A stretch of 64,000 bases of DNA from an uncultured Candidatus Rokubacteria bacterium (GTDB taxonomy: Bacteria > Methylomirabilota > Methylomirabilia > Rokubacteriales > DASRDR01): positions 160,001 through 224,000 of the forward strand of contig CAWDVE010000013.1 of NCBI GenBank assembly GCA_963805625.1. Direction: 5' to 3'. A program made the translations under genes and the position numbers. Below are positions 38,222-46,938 of this stretch, one piece after another; position 1 is the first letter of the stretch; the number at the start of each line of letters is the position of its first letter. The notes beneath the pieces are model-generated. The model saw only the letters and a list, made by a program, of their open reading frames with translations, did not search any database and was not told where the DNA came from.

Positions 38222-39070
38222 GTGCCAGGCGTGAAGCATCCGAGGGAGCGTGCGCGAGGACGGGCCCTCCCGCCCTCACGGACCCTGCCGTCACGACCTC
38301 AGAGTCTCAACGAGCTCGTCTACCTCGAGCTGCGCCGCCAGATCCTGTGGGGTGAGATCAGGGCCGGAAGCGCGCTGTCGGTGAGGAGGCTCTCGGAGGA
38401 GTTCAGCGTGAGCCCCATGCCGGTCCGGGACGCCATCCGGCGGCTCGCTATCGAGGAGCTGGTAGAGGTCACGCCTCGGAGCTCCACTCGCGTCAGCCTC
38501 ATCTCGCCCGACACGGTCCGGGAGATTGCGGAGATCCGGAGCCGGCTGGAGGCGCTCGGGGCACGCCTGGCCCTGCCTCACCTGACGGCTGCCGACGTGG
38601 AGCGTCTGCGGGAGCTCGTGAAGGAGATGCAGGTGGCGGCCGCCCGCAGTGATCCAGAGGATTGGCATCAGGCGAACGCCGAGTTTCACCGCGTTGTCAT
38701 CCACCGCTCCGGTAATCGCCTGCTGGCGCGCATGACGGAGGGGCTGTGGGACCGGAGCATCCGGCACTTCAGCGGGCGGGTGCTGAGCCAGGCGCACTTC
38801 CGGCAGCTCCGTGACAAGGAGCATCAGCGAATTCTTCAGGCGATCGTGAAGCGTGATCCGGATGCGGTCGAGGAGGCCTGGCGCCATCACGTCTATCAGT
38901 CCGGGCTCGAGACCGTGGATTACCTTCGTTCCCTGGCGGTGAGCACCGTCTCATTCCTCGAGCGTCGCGGGCTCGCGCCTGGCGCGTGGTCGGAGGCGCA
39001 GACGGAGCGCAGGCCCCGTGGCCGTGGGCCGGGACGATCCGTCGTCCGACGCCTCCGACCCGCCGACTGA
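38222..39070 (+). CDS. GntR family (FCD domain) transcriptional regulator
   Basis: VYLELRRQILWG...LSEEFSVSPMPVRDAIRRL wHTH, NAEFH...SGN, EHQRILQAI. Confidence 0.93.
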   Translation: MPGVKHPRERARGRALPPSRTLPSRPQSLNELVYLELRRQILWGEIRAGSALSVRRLSEEFSVSPMPVRDAIRRLAIEELVEVTPRSSTRVSLISPDTVREIAEIRSRLEALGARLALPHLTAADVERLRELVKEMQVAAARSDPEDWHQANAEFHRVVIHRSGNRLLARMTEGLWDRSIRHFSGRVLSQAHFRQLRDKEHQRILQAIVKRDPDAVEEAWRHHVYQSGLETVDYLRSLAVSTVSFLERRGLAPGAWSEAQTERRPRGRGPGRSVVRRLRPAD

Positions 39071-39175
39071 TCGCCCAGCCCGTCGAGCCGTGCGGCGACC
39101 GTTCACGGTGTCGCGGCCTATGATGAGCGAGCGCCCGGCAGGGTCCCCCGGCCCCGATCGACAAGGAGCCCGCGC

Positions 39176-40303
39176 GTGCGCGTGACCGATCTCTCGGTGC
39201 GGCTGTACCGCATACCCCCGCCCATCCGCATCCAGGACTCGATCCAGCGGGTCGCCCACTGGGAGTGGATCGTCACCACGGTCACCACCGACGCGGGCCT
39301 GACGGGCACCGGATTCGCCTACACGGGCGGTCTCGGCGGCAGCGCGATCCGGGAGCTGGTGGACACCTATCTCGCGCCCCTCGTCCGCGGCCAGGACCCG
39401 CGAGACGTGGAGCGGATCTGGACCCGATGCTGGTGGGAGCTCCACTCACTCGGCTCCGGCGGCCTCACCCGGTACGCCCTCGCCTCGGTCGACGTCGCGG
39501 TGTGGGACATCCTGGCCAAGCACGCCGGCGTTCCGCTCTACCGGCTGCTCGGCGGGGCGCGCGACCGCATCCGGGCCTACGGCAGCGGCATCAACATGCA
39601 CCTCGACGGCGAGCCGCTCCTCGACCAGATGCGCGGCTTCCTCGACCGCGGCTACCGCGCCGTGAAGATGAAGGTCGGGCGGGACAACCCCGAGGAGGAC
39701 GTGGAGCGGGTGGGCGCCGTCCGGCAGCTGGTGGGCCCCGAGGTCCTCCTCATGCTGGACGCCAATCAGAAGTGGACGGCGGGCGAGGCCATCCGGCGGG
39801 CACGGATGCTCACCCGCTTCGCCCCGTTCTGGCTGGAGGAGCCGGTGCTGGCGGACGACCGCATCGCGCACTGCCGGGTACGGGAGGGCGCGGGCATTCC
39901 TCTCGCGGCCGGCGAGACCATGTACACGCGCTACGAGTTCGCCGACTTCATGCGGAGCGGCGCCCTCGACGTCGTCCAGGCAGACATCGTGCGGGTGGGC
40001 GGCTTCACCGAGTGGCTGAAAATCGCGAAGCTCGCGGAGAGCTTCAACCTACCGGTGGCGCCTCACTTCGTCCTAGAGCTCTCGATCCACGGACTGTGCG
40101 CCGTGTCGAACGGACTGATCCTCGAGGACCTGCAGGGCGGGTCGTTCACCGACCTCGGACTTCTTACGGAGCCGATCCGGGTCGAGCGGGGCGAGCTCGC
40201 TCCTCCGGCCCGCCCGGGTCACGGCATCGTCCTCGACGACGCGGTGCTCCGCCGCTACGAGGTCACTGGCAAGCCGACCGACGTGGCGCCGACGCGCAGC
40301 TGA
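39176..40303 (+). CDS. Mandelate racemase/muconate lactonizing enzyme family (acid-sugar dehydratase-like)
   Basis: KMKVG (KxK), LMLDAN, WLEEP, AAGE, APH enolase-superfamily residues. Confidence 0.93.
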   Translation: MRVTDLSVRLYRIPPPIRIQDSIQRVAHWEWIVTTVTTDAGLTGTGFAYTGGLGGSAIRELVDTYLAPLVRGQDPRDVERIWTRCWWELHSLGSGGLTRYALASVDVAVWDILAKHAGVPLYRLLGGARDRIRAYGSGINMHLDGEPLLDQMRGFLDRGYRAVKMKVGRDNPEEDVERVGAVRQLVGPEVLLMLDANQKWTAGEAIRRARMLTRFAPFWLEEPVLADDRIAHCRVREGAGIPLAAGETMYTRYEFADFMRSGALDVVQADIVRVGGFTEWLKIAKLAESFNLPVAPHFVLELSIHGLCAVSNGLILEDLQGGSFTDLGLLTEPIRVERGELAPPARPGHGIVLDDAVLRRYEVTGKPTDVAPTRS

Positions 40304-40387
40304 AGGCTATTCCCCCGCGCTTCAGCCGCCGACACATCCTCGCGGGGTGCCAGGCCGGGTGGTCTCTCCGAGCGCGGCGCCCGCTGC

Positions 40388-41347
40388 CTACGTCTGCCCG
40401 GGCAACGCGGGCGCACCATCGGCATACGGCTCGAGCGCGGCGTACACGACGGTGTTCCGTGGCGTCGCCACACCGAGCTCGCGACCCATCCGGGACACCG
40501 CGCCGTTGATCGCCTCGAGCTCCAATCGCCGCCCCTCAACGAGGTCGAAGTACATCGAGCCGCGGGCGGACGGATTGGCCTCGGCCAGCTTGCGAAGCCA
40601 CTCGAACAACTCCTCAGCCCTACCCTTCGGCAATGGAACTCCCTTGGCACGTCCGACAGCCGCCACCTCTTCCATGAGACCCCGCGCCAGGGCCGCGGTC
40701 GGTGGACGCGAGAACAGCGGACCGAGAGGCAAGCGTGTCAACGATACGAGCCCGAGCGTCACGCTGGTGAGCACGAGCTTCTCCCGGATCTCGCGGCGGA
40801 TGTCTTGGCTGGCCTCGGTCTCGATCCCACCTCGGAGCAAGCCGTCACGCAGGAAGTCGCGCAGGTCGTCCACCCGCCGACTGGCGCCGCCCGAGCGCTC
40901 TCCGAACTTGACGTGCATGCGTCGCACCTTCTGCGCGACGACTCCGGGCGCGACGAGCGTCCCTCCGGCAACGGACACGCACCCAAGCACGGGAGCCTCC
41001 CCGACCACTGCGGCGACCTGCTCCGCCGCCTCCACGCCGTTCTGAGGCGGCAGGATCACCGTCCGCGGCCCGACGAGTGGCGCGGCGTGATGGGCCGCCG
41101 CCTCGACGTCGTAGGTCTTCACACAGAACCAGACCAAGTCGACGGGGCCGACCTCGCGCGGGTCGTCCGTAGCGCCGACCTTGAGATTGAACTCACCCTC
41201 GGGAAGCAGTTTGACGGTCAGCCCATTCGCGCGGAGCGCTTGCAGATTCGCCCCGCGAGCGATGAAGGTGACATCCTTGCCGGCCCGGGCCAGAACCCCG
41301 CCTATCAGTCCACCGACCCCACCGACGCCAAGAACGGCAACGCGCAT
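40388..41347 (-). CDS. panE: Ketopantoate reductase family protein
   Basis: GVGGVG, CVKTYD, QNG, EK, SMYFDL..GRRLELEAING. Confidence 0.85.
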   Translation of the reverse strand: MRVAVLGVGGVGGLIGGVLARAGKDVTFIARGANLQALRANGLTVKLLPEGEFNLKVGATDDPREVGPVDLVWFCVKTYDVEAAAHHAAPLVGPRTVILPPQNGVEAAEQVAAVVGEAPVLGCVSVAGGTLVAPGVVAQKVRRMHVKFGERSGGASRRVDDLRDFLRDGLLRGGIETEASQDIRREIREKLVLTSVTLGLVSLTRLPLGPLFSRPPTAALARGLMEEVAAVGRAKGVPLPKGRAEELFEWLRKLAEANPSARGSMYFDLVEGRRLELEAINGAVSRMGRELGVATPRNTVVYAALEPYADGAPALPGQT

Positions 41348-41368
41348 GGCTGACTTCTCCGCTGGCCC

Positions 41369-42841
41369 CTAGCTCGACGGGCCGAGCGCGGCCAGGAGCC
41401 GGTCGATGAAGCCGCCGAACGCACCGTTGCTCATGACGAGGACGATGTCCCCGGGCCGGGCGCCGTCGGCCACGGCGCGGACCAGCCGATCGACGTCGGC
41501 CTCGGTGCGAGCGTCGACGCCCCGGGCCCGAAGGTCGGCGACGACCCGATCGGCGTCGAGCCGCTGATCCGCGGGCACCATGTCGTGGGGCTCCGGCACC
41601 TTGAGCGCGACGCACGCGGCGCCGGCGAGAGCCTCGACGTATTCGTCCTGGTGCAATCGACGGCGGCTCGTGTTCGACCGGGGCTCGAACGCCGCCCAGA
41701 GCCGCCGACCGGGGAAGCGGGCCCGGATGGCGGCGATCGTCGCGCGGACGGCCGTCGGGTGGTGGGCGAAGTCGTCGATGACGACCACCCCACCTACCTC
41801 CCCACGCACCTCCTGCCGACGGCGCACCCCCGTGAAGGTCGCGAGGCCCCGGGCGATCTCCTCGAACCCGAGCCCGAGAGCCCGTGCCGCGGCCACGACG
41901 CCGAGCGCGTTCTCGACGTTGTGGGCTCCGCCCCCGGGCAGGGACGCGACCCCGAGGGCGCGGTCTCGCTCCAGGACACCGAAGCGAGCACCCGCCGGCT
42001 CGTGCACCAGGTCGGTCGCCGCGTAGTCCACCCCGGACGCGTCGCCAGAGCTCGCCGGGAGCCCGTAGGTCACGACTCGGGCGGCAGAGGCCCGCGCGAT
42101 CCGGAGCGCGTTCGGGGACGCCGCGCTAACCGCGAGGCAGCCGCCCGGCGGCAGGAGGCGTACGAACCGCTCGAACGCCGCCTCGTAGTGGGGAAGGTCC
42201 CGGAAGATGTCCGCGTGGTCGAACTCGATGCTGGTCAGGATCGCGGTGCGCGGGCGATAGTGGAGGAACTTCGGCCCCTTGTCGAAGTAGGCCGTGTCGT
42301 ATTCGTCCCCCTCCACCACGAAGTGCGGGCCCGCGCCGAGCCGGTAGCTCGCATCGTAGTTCCGCGCGACCCCACCGACGAGGAACGACGGGTCCCGGCC
42401 GGACGCGGCCAGCACATGCCCGAGGAGCGCCGTCGTCGTGGTCTTGCCGTGCGTCCCCGTCACCACCACAGAATGGCGCTCCCGCAGGAAGAACGCGCCG
42501 AGCGCCGCGGGAAAGCTCATCTGCGGCAGCCGTCTCGCGCGCACCTCCGTGGCCTCCGGGTTCACCCGGCGGATCACGTTGCCGATCACGACCAGGTCGG
42601 GCTTGACGATGTCGAGGTTGGCGGGGTCGTAGGGGGTCAGGACCGGGATCGCCCAGGCGCGGAGCATGTCGCTCATCGGCGGGTAGACGTTCTGGTCGCT
42701 TCCGGTGACCTCGTGGCCTGCGGCCTTCAGCATGCCGGCGAAGGCGCCCATCCCCGTCCCGGCGACGCCGATCAGGTGGATCCGCCGGGTCGTGACGGGA
42801 TCAACGTCGTCGAGAACGAGGCCGTCGTCCGGGGTCGCCAC
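41369..42841 (-). CDS. mpl: UDP-MurNAc:tripeptide ligase (murein peptide ligase)
   Basis: IGVAGTGMG, DQNVYPPMS, GTHGKTTT, EGDEYDTAYFDK, EFDHADIF, DDFAHHPTA, FEPRSNT, MSNGAFGG. Confidence 0.95.
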   Translation of the reverse strand: MATPDDGLVLDDVDPVTTRRIHLIGVAGTGMGAFAGMLKAAGHEVTGSDQNVYPPMSDMLRAWAIPVLTPYDPANLDIVKPDLVVIGNVIRRVNPEATEVRARRLPQMSFPAALGAFFLRERHSVVVTGTHGKTTTTALLGHVLAASGRDPSFLVGGVARNYDASYRLGAGPHFVVEGDEYDTAYFDKGPKFLHYRPRTAILTSIEFDHADIFRDLPHYEAAFERFVRLLPPGGCLAVSAASPNALRIARASAARVVTYGLPASSGDASGVDYAATDLVHEPAGARFGVLERDRALGVASLPGGGAHNVENALGVVAAARALGLGFEEIARGLATFTGVRRRQEVRGEVGGVVVIDDFAHHPTAVRATIAAIRARFPGRRLWAAFEPRSNTSRRRLHQDEYVEALAGAACVALKVPEPHDMVPADQRLDADRVVADLRARGVDARTEADVDRLVRAVADGARPGDIVLVMSNGAFGGFIDRLLAALGPSS

Positions 42842-42857
42842 GAGACGAGCGTATCAC

Positions 42858-43832
42858 TCAGCGGATCAGATCAGCGAGCTCCGGGACTACCCACTGGGGC
42901 CGCTCGCCCCGCTGGACGCGGGCGATGTTCGCGTAGGCGTTGCCGAACCGTCGCGGCCAGCTCTGCCAGGTCGGGCCGGCCATGTGCGGCGTCAGGACCG
43001 TGTTGGGCGCCGAGAGCAGCGGATCGTCCACTGGCGGCGGCTCCGCGGACAGGACGTCGAGCCCCGCGCCGCCGATGCGCCCGCTGCGGAGCGCCTCGGC
43101 GAGGGCGGCTTCGTCGACCAGCTCGCCGCGAGCGGTGTTCACCAGGACCGCCGTCGGCTTCATCCGGCCGAGGGCCCGCGCATCGATCAGGTGCCGGGTC
43201 GCGCTCGACAGGGGCACGTGCACGGTGACCACGTCCGCACGGGCGAGCAGGTCCTCGAGCGACACGAAGGCCACCCCGAGGTCACGCTCGCGCTCCGCGG
43301 GGAGGCGGACCGGGTCGTGGTAGATCAGCGTCGACTCCCACCCCCGGAGCCGCAGGGCGACCTCCTGGCCGATCCGGCCCATCCCCACGATTCCGATCGT
43401 CGAGCTCCACAGCTCGTAGAGCCGCTTCACCCCCGAGCTCCAGCACCCGGCCCGCACGCTGGCGTCGAGCTCGGTCAAGTGCCGGAGGGTCGCCATCATG
43501 AGCAGGATGGTGTGCTCGGCAACCGCGATGGCATTAGCACCCCCGTTGACGGCGACGGGCACGCGGGCGGCCCGGGCACCCGCCAGGTTGAACCGGTCGT
43601 ACCCGACGCTCAGAAGCTGGACAAGCCGGAGCCGCCGGGCGCCGGCCAGCGTCGCGTCGTCGAGCGGGCCGATGAAACCCATGAGGTAGTCCGCGTCGGG
43701 CAAGGCGTCGGCGAGCCGGTCGGCCGGGACCAGCCGTAGCTCGAACCCGGGAGGGAGCATCTCTCGCCCGATGGCGACCACGTCGGGCTCGAGGTTCCGA
43801 TTCGGCGGCATCAGGATGACAGGATCGGGCAT
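42858..43832 (-). CDS. D-isomer-specific 2-hydroxyacid dehydrogenase
   Basis: VAEH, GIVGMGRIG, HVPL, NTARG, GLDV, TPHMAG. Confidence 0.92.
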   Translation of the reverse strand: MPDPVILMPPNRNLEPDVVAIGREMLPPGFELRLVPADRLADALPDADYLMGFIGPLDDATLAGARRLRLVQLLSVGYDRFNLAGARAARVPVAVNGGANAIAVAEHTILLMMATLRHLTELDASVRAGCWSSGVKRLYELWSSTIGIVGMGRIGQEVALRLRGWESTLIYHDPVRLPAERERDLGVAFVSLEDLLARADVVTVHVPLSSATRHLIDARALGRMKPTAVLVNTARGELVDEAALAEALRSGRIGGAGLDVLSAEPPPVDDPLLSAPNTVLTPHMAGPTWQSWPRRFGNAYANIARVQRGERPQWVVPELADLIR

Positions 43833-44002
43833 GACTCCTCCAGGTTGAGCGGTCCGCGTTGTCGGAGTGGAGACGGATTCGGTATCGCAGGGGCGATCTC
43901 ACGATGCGGCACCCGACGGTTCCGGTCCATTGCCGGGCGGTCGTTCTCCGCGGCTCCCGGCAGGTGCGGCATTCGAGTCGCCACGCCTGGCGAGCGGCAG
44001 TC

Positions 44003-44629
44003 CTATCCGGCGGCGTCTCCCTTCGGCGCGGCCTTCCGCACGAGCTCCTCAAGCGCTTCGTATGGCTGCGCGCCGACGACGCCGTAGCGGCCGGCGACGA
44101 ATGTCGGCACGCCCGTGATGCCGTACTGGCGCGAAAGCGCCCAGTCCGCGTCGACCGCGTCCTTGAACGTCCGCCGCTCCAGCACCTCTCGAGCACCATC
44201 GACCGACAGACCCAGGCGCTCGGTGATGTCCAGGAGGACCGCAGGCCGGGAGATGTCGCGGATCTCGACGAAGTAGGCTCGAAACAGAGCGTCGTGCATG
44301 GTCTCGCCGCCGGGCTGCGTGTCGGCCCACTTGCCGAGCTCCTGGGCGAGGCGGCTGTTGTACGTCATCGTGCGCTCCCCGTAGGGGAGCCCCTCGGCCG
44401 TCATGCGCGCCTTCATCTGGGCGTGCATCGCTCGCAGGTCGAGGTTGCGCCCGGCGAAGAGATCGGCCAGCGCGCGACCCTCCGCGGGAGTCTCCGGGTG
44501 CAGCGGAAAGTGCACCCACTCGATCTTCACTCCGTGCTCCTTCCTGAGCCGCTCAATACGCACGGTACTGAGATAGCACCAGGGTCAGACGTAGTCGGAG
44601 AAGATCCGCATCGTCACTGGCTGGATCAC
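44003..44629 (-). CDS. DsbA/FrnE-like thiol-disulfide oxidoreductase, probable selenoprotein (UxxC)
   Basis: AGGAGG-N5-GTG start. MIQPVTMRIFSDYV-TGA-PWCY continues in frame into ORF 44003..44563 (FPLHP, YNSRLAQE, GITGVPTF, GAQPY). Confidence 0.88.
44552..44572 (-). promoter_or_regulatory. Bacterial SECIS-like hairpin
   Basis: mRNA CUCAGUAC-CGUGC-GUAUUGAG forms an 8-bp stem starting 12 nt after the UGA. G is at loop position 2, 22 nt from the UGA. Confidence 0.72.
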
Positions 44630-44848
44630 GGCGCCTCCTGTCGTTCAGTGGCCTCGCGATCACCGGGCGTCGCGCGGCCAGCAAGGAGCTCGAGACGTTC
44701 CACCTCTCCCTTTTCATTCTAACTGCTCCGTCCCGGGCGCCGGGCGTGAAGGCGACCCCGGCCGCCCCTCTCGCCCGCGGGCAATATGTGTCTTGTCTCG
44801 GAACGGCTCCCCTCCGTATAGTCGGCAAGTGATGCGGGTACTGTCTCC

Positions 44849-45976
44849 GTGAACGAGTCGCTCGGGCGCCGCGTCTTCAATCACACGCTGTCCACCTTCT
44901 TCCTGGGTTCGGATGTACCCACCTGGCGGCGGCTGCTCCGTGACAACCGTCCCGCCGTGGATTCCGAGTTCCTGCCTCGGGCAAGCCTCATCACCGCGGC
45001 GAGCCTATACAACTCCGTGATGCAGGCCCGCGAGGAGAGGCGTTTCGGGACCGCCGTCGCGACTGTGACCGTGCCGCCACCGGTGATCGTGCTGGGCCAC
45101 TGGCGCAGCGGGCTCGCCCATCTGCAGCGGCTGCTCGCGCTGGACGATCAGTTCGCCTTCCCGAACCTCCACCAGGTTCGCCACCCGCGCACGTTCCTCT
45201 CGACCGAAGGGACGCACACTCGACTGACCGGCTGGATGCTACCGGCTCGCCACCCGAGCAACGGCTTGCCCGTCGCCCACGCGCTGCCCGAGGACGACGA
45301 GTACGCCATGGCCAACCTCACGGGCGCCTCGCCGTATGTCGGAGGACTCTTTCCCCGGCGGCGCGCGCACTACATGGCGACGTACCTCACGCTGGACTCG
45401 GCATCCGCCCCCGAGGTCGCTGGCTGGAAGCGGGCACTGGGCGGGTTCGCCCGCAAGCTCACCTGGAAGTGCGGGCGGCGCCCGCTCGTCCTCCGGTCCC
45501 CGCTACACGTCGGCCGGCTCCGGCCCCTGCTGGAGGTGTTCCCCGACGCGAGGCTCCTGCACGTCTGCCGCAACCCCTACGCGGTCTTCCGTGTCACCTG
45601 CAGCTCGACCGCAGCCGCCGGGCCCTACAACCGTCTTCAGCGCGCACCGGCGCTCGACGTGCCAACCTATGTGCTGGAGCGCTACACGCGCCTCTACGAC
45701 GCCTACTTCCGGGAGCGCGCGTCCCTCCGCCCGGGTCAGCTTCACGAGGTCCGGCTCGAGGACATCATCAAGAATCCGATCCGTACGTTGAGCGCGTCGT
45801 ACGAGGCCCTCGCGCTGCCGGGATTCGACCGCGTCCGGCCCCGGCTCGCGGAGACGTTGCGCGACGACCCGGGCCTGGACGCCGGTGTCGGCGCCGCTGA
45901 GTTGGAGCCGTCGCTCCGGGCACGGGTGGGCCGAGCCTGGCGTCGAAGCTTCGAGACCTGGGGTTACCCTTGCTGA
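44849..45976 (+). CDS. Sulfotransferase-family protein (degenerate motifs)
   Basis: PPVIVLGHWRSG, PEDDE, LVLRSP, FPDAR..HVCRNPY, EVRLEDI..NP. Confidence 0.75.
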   Translation: MNESLGRRVFNHTLSTFFLGSDVPTWRRLLRDNRPAVDSEFLPRASLITAASLYNSVMQAREERRFGTAVATVTVPPPVIVLGHWRSGLAHLQRLLALDDQFAFPNLHQVRHPRTFLSTEGTHTRLTGWMLPARHPSNGLPVAHALPEDDEYAMANLTGASPYVGGLFPRRRAHYMATYLTLDSASAPEVAGWKRALGGFARKLTWKCGRRPLVLRSPLHVGRLRPLLEVFPDARLLHVCRNPYAVFRVTCSSTAAAGPYNRLQRAPALDVPTYVLERYTRLYDAYFRERASLRPGQLHEVRLEDIIKNPIRTLSASYEALALPGFDRVRPRLAETLRDDPGLDAGVGAAELEPSLRARVGRAWRRSFETWGYPC

Positions 45977-46938
45977 CCCCCGGACGCGCCGCGATGTCGG
46001 CCATCGTGATCTCGCGCGACGACGAAGCCATCATCACGCGCAGCGTGGCGTCCGTCGTCGGGCAGGTCTGTCCAGAGCCCGTCGAGATCATCGTAGTGGT
46101 CTCCGGGCACGATGGGACGGTGCGGGTGGTCCGCGAGCGCTTCCCGGAGGTGACCGTGATCGCCCTACCGCGCCCCGCCCTGCCCGGCGAGGCGCGCAAC
46201 GCCGGGTTGCGAGCCGCCCGGGGCGAGTTCGTCAGCTTCCCGGGGTCGCACGTGGAGCTGCCGCCCGGGAGCCTGACCGCCCGCCTGAATGCGCACCGGC
46301 AGGGATTCGCGATGGTCACCGGAGCCACGCTGAACGGCACGACGACGCCGGCGGGCTGGGCCAGCTACTTCCTCGACCATTCGGGGAACCTGCCACACGG
46401 CGAGCCAACCGCGCTCCGCACTCCGCCGGCCCATTGCTCGTACACCCGGGAGGCTCTCGCTCGGGTCGGAGGCTTCCCTGAGGGCGTGCGCGCAGGTGAG
46501 GACACCTCCGTCAACACGGCGCTCTTCGACCTGGGATACCGGGCGCTCCGCGACCCGCGAGTTCTCCTGATCCACCACAGTCCCTGCCGCACGCTGCGCC
46601 TGCTGCTCCGGCATCACTTCGCGCGTGGGCGGGGTGAGGGACAGGTCGCGATGCGCGAGGCAGCCCGGACCGGCGTCTGGCGGGATGGCTTCAGACGGCT
46701 GTGGCGTCTGACCCGCTTCGAGCCGACGATGCGGCTTGCGGAGATCACCCGCCGCGTCATGACATCGGTCGAGCCGTACCCGAGCTCCTACGCGCGTGCT
46801 CTGCCCCTGGTCTCCCTCGGGGCCTGGGCGGCCTGGCTCGGCATCTGCCACGCGGTCGCCCGGACTCGTCGCGAAAGCGGAAGAGCTTGGGCGGTCCCCG
46901 CGCTCGGATCAGCCCGCCGACCCGATCTCGACGGCTGA
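45970..46938 (+). CDS. Glycosyltransferase family 2-like protein
   Basis: EIIVV, DGT, ARNAGL..ARGEFV, VGGFPE, GED. Confidence 0.8.
   Translation: MLTPGRAAMSAIVISRDDEAIITRSVASVVGQVCPEPVEIIVVVSGHDGTVRVVRERFPEVTVIALPRPALPGEARNAGLRAARGEFVSFPGSHVELPPGSLTARLNAHRQGFAMVTGATLNGTTTPAGWASYFLDHSGNLPHGEPTALRTPPAHCSYTREALARVGGFPEGVRAGEDTSVNTALFDLGYRALRDPRVLLIHHSPCRTLRLLLRHHFARGRGEGQVAMREAARTGVWRDGFRRLWRLTRFEPTMRLAEITRRVMTSVEPYPSSYARALPLVSLGAWAAWLGICHAVARTRRESGRAWAVPALGSARRPDLDG

Noticed and set aside
44003-44629. DsbA-like gene as a pseudogene
   Set aside because: The only lesion is a TGA exactly at the catalytic Cys position with a SECIS-like hairpin, which Sec recoding explains better.
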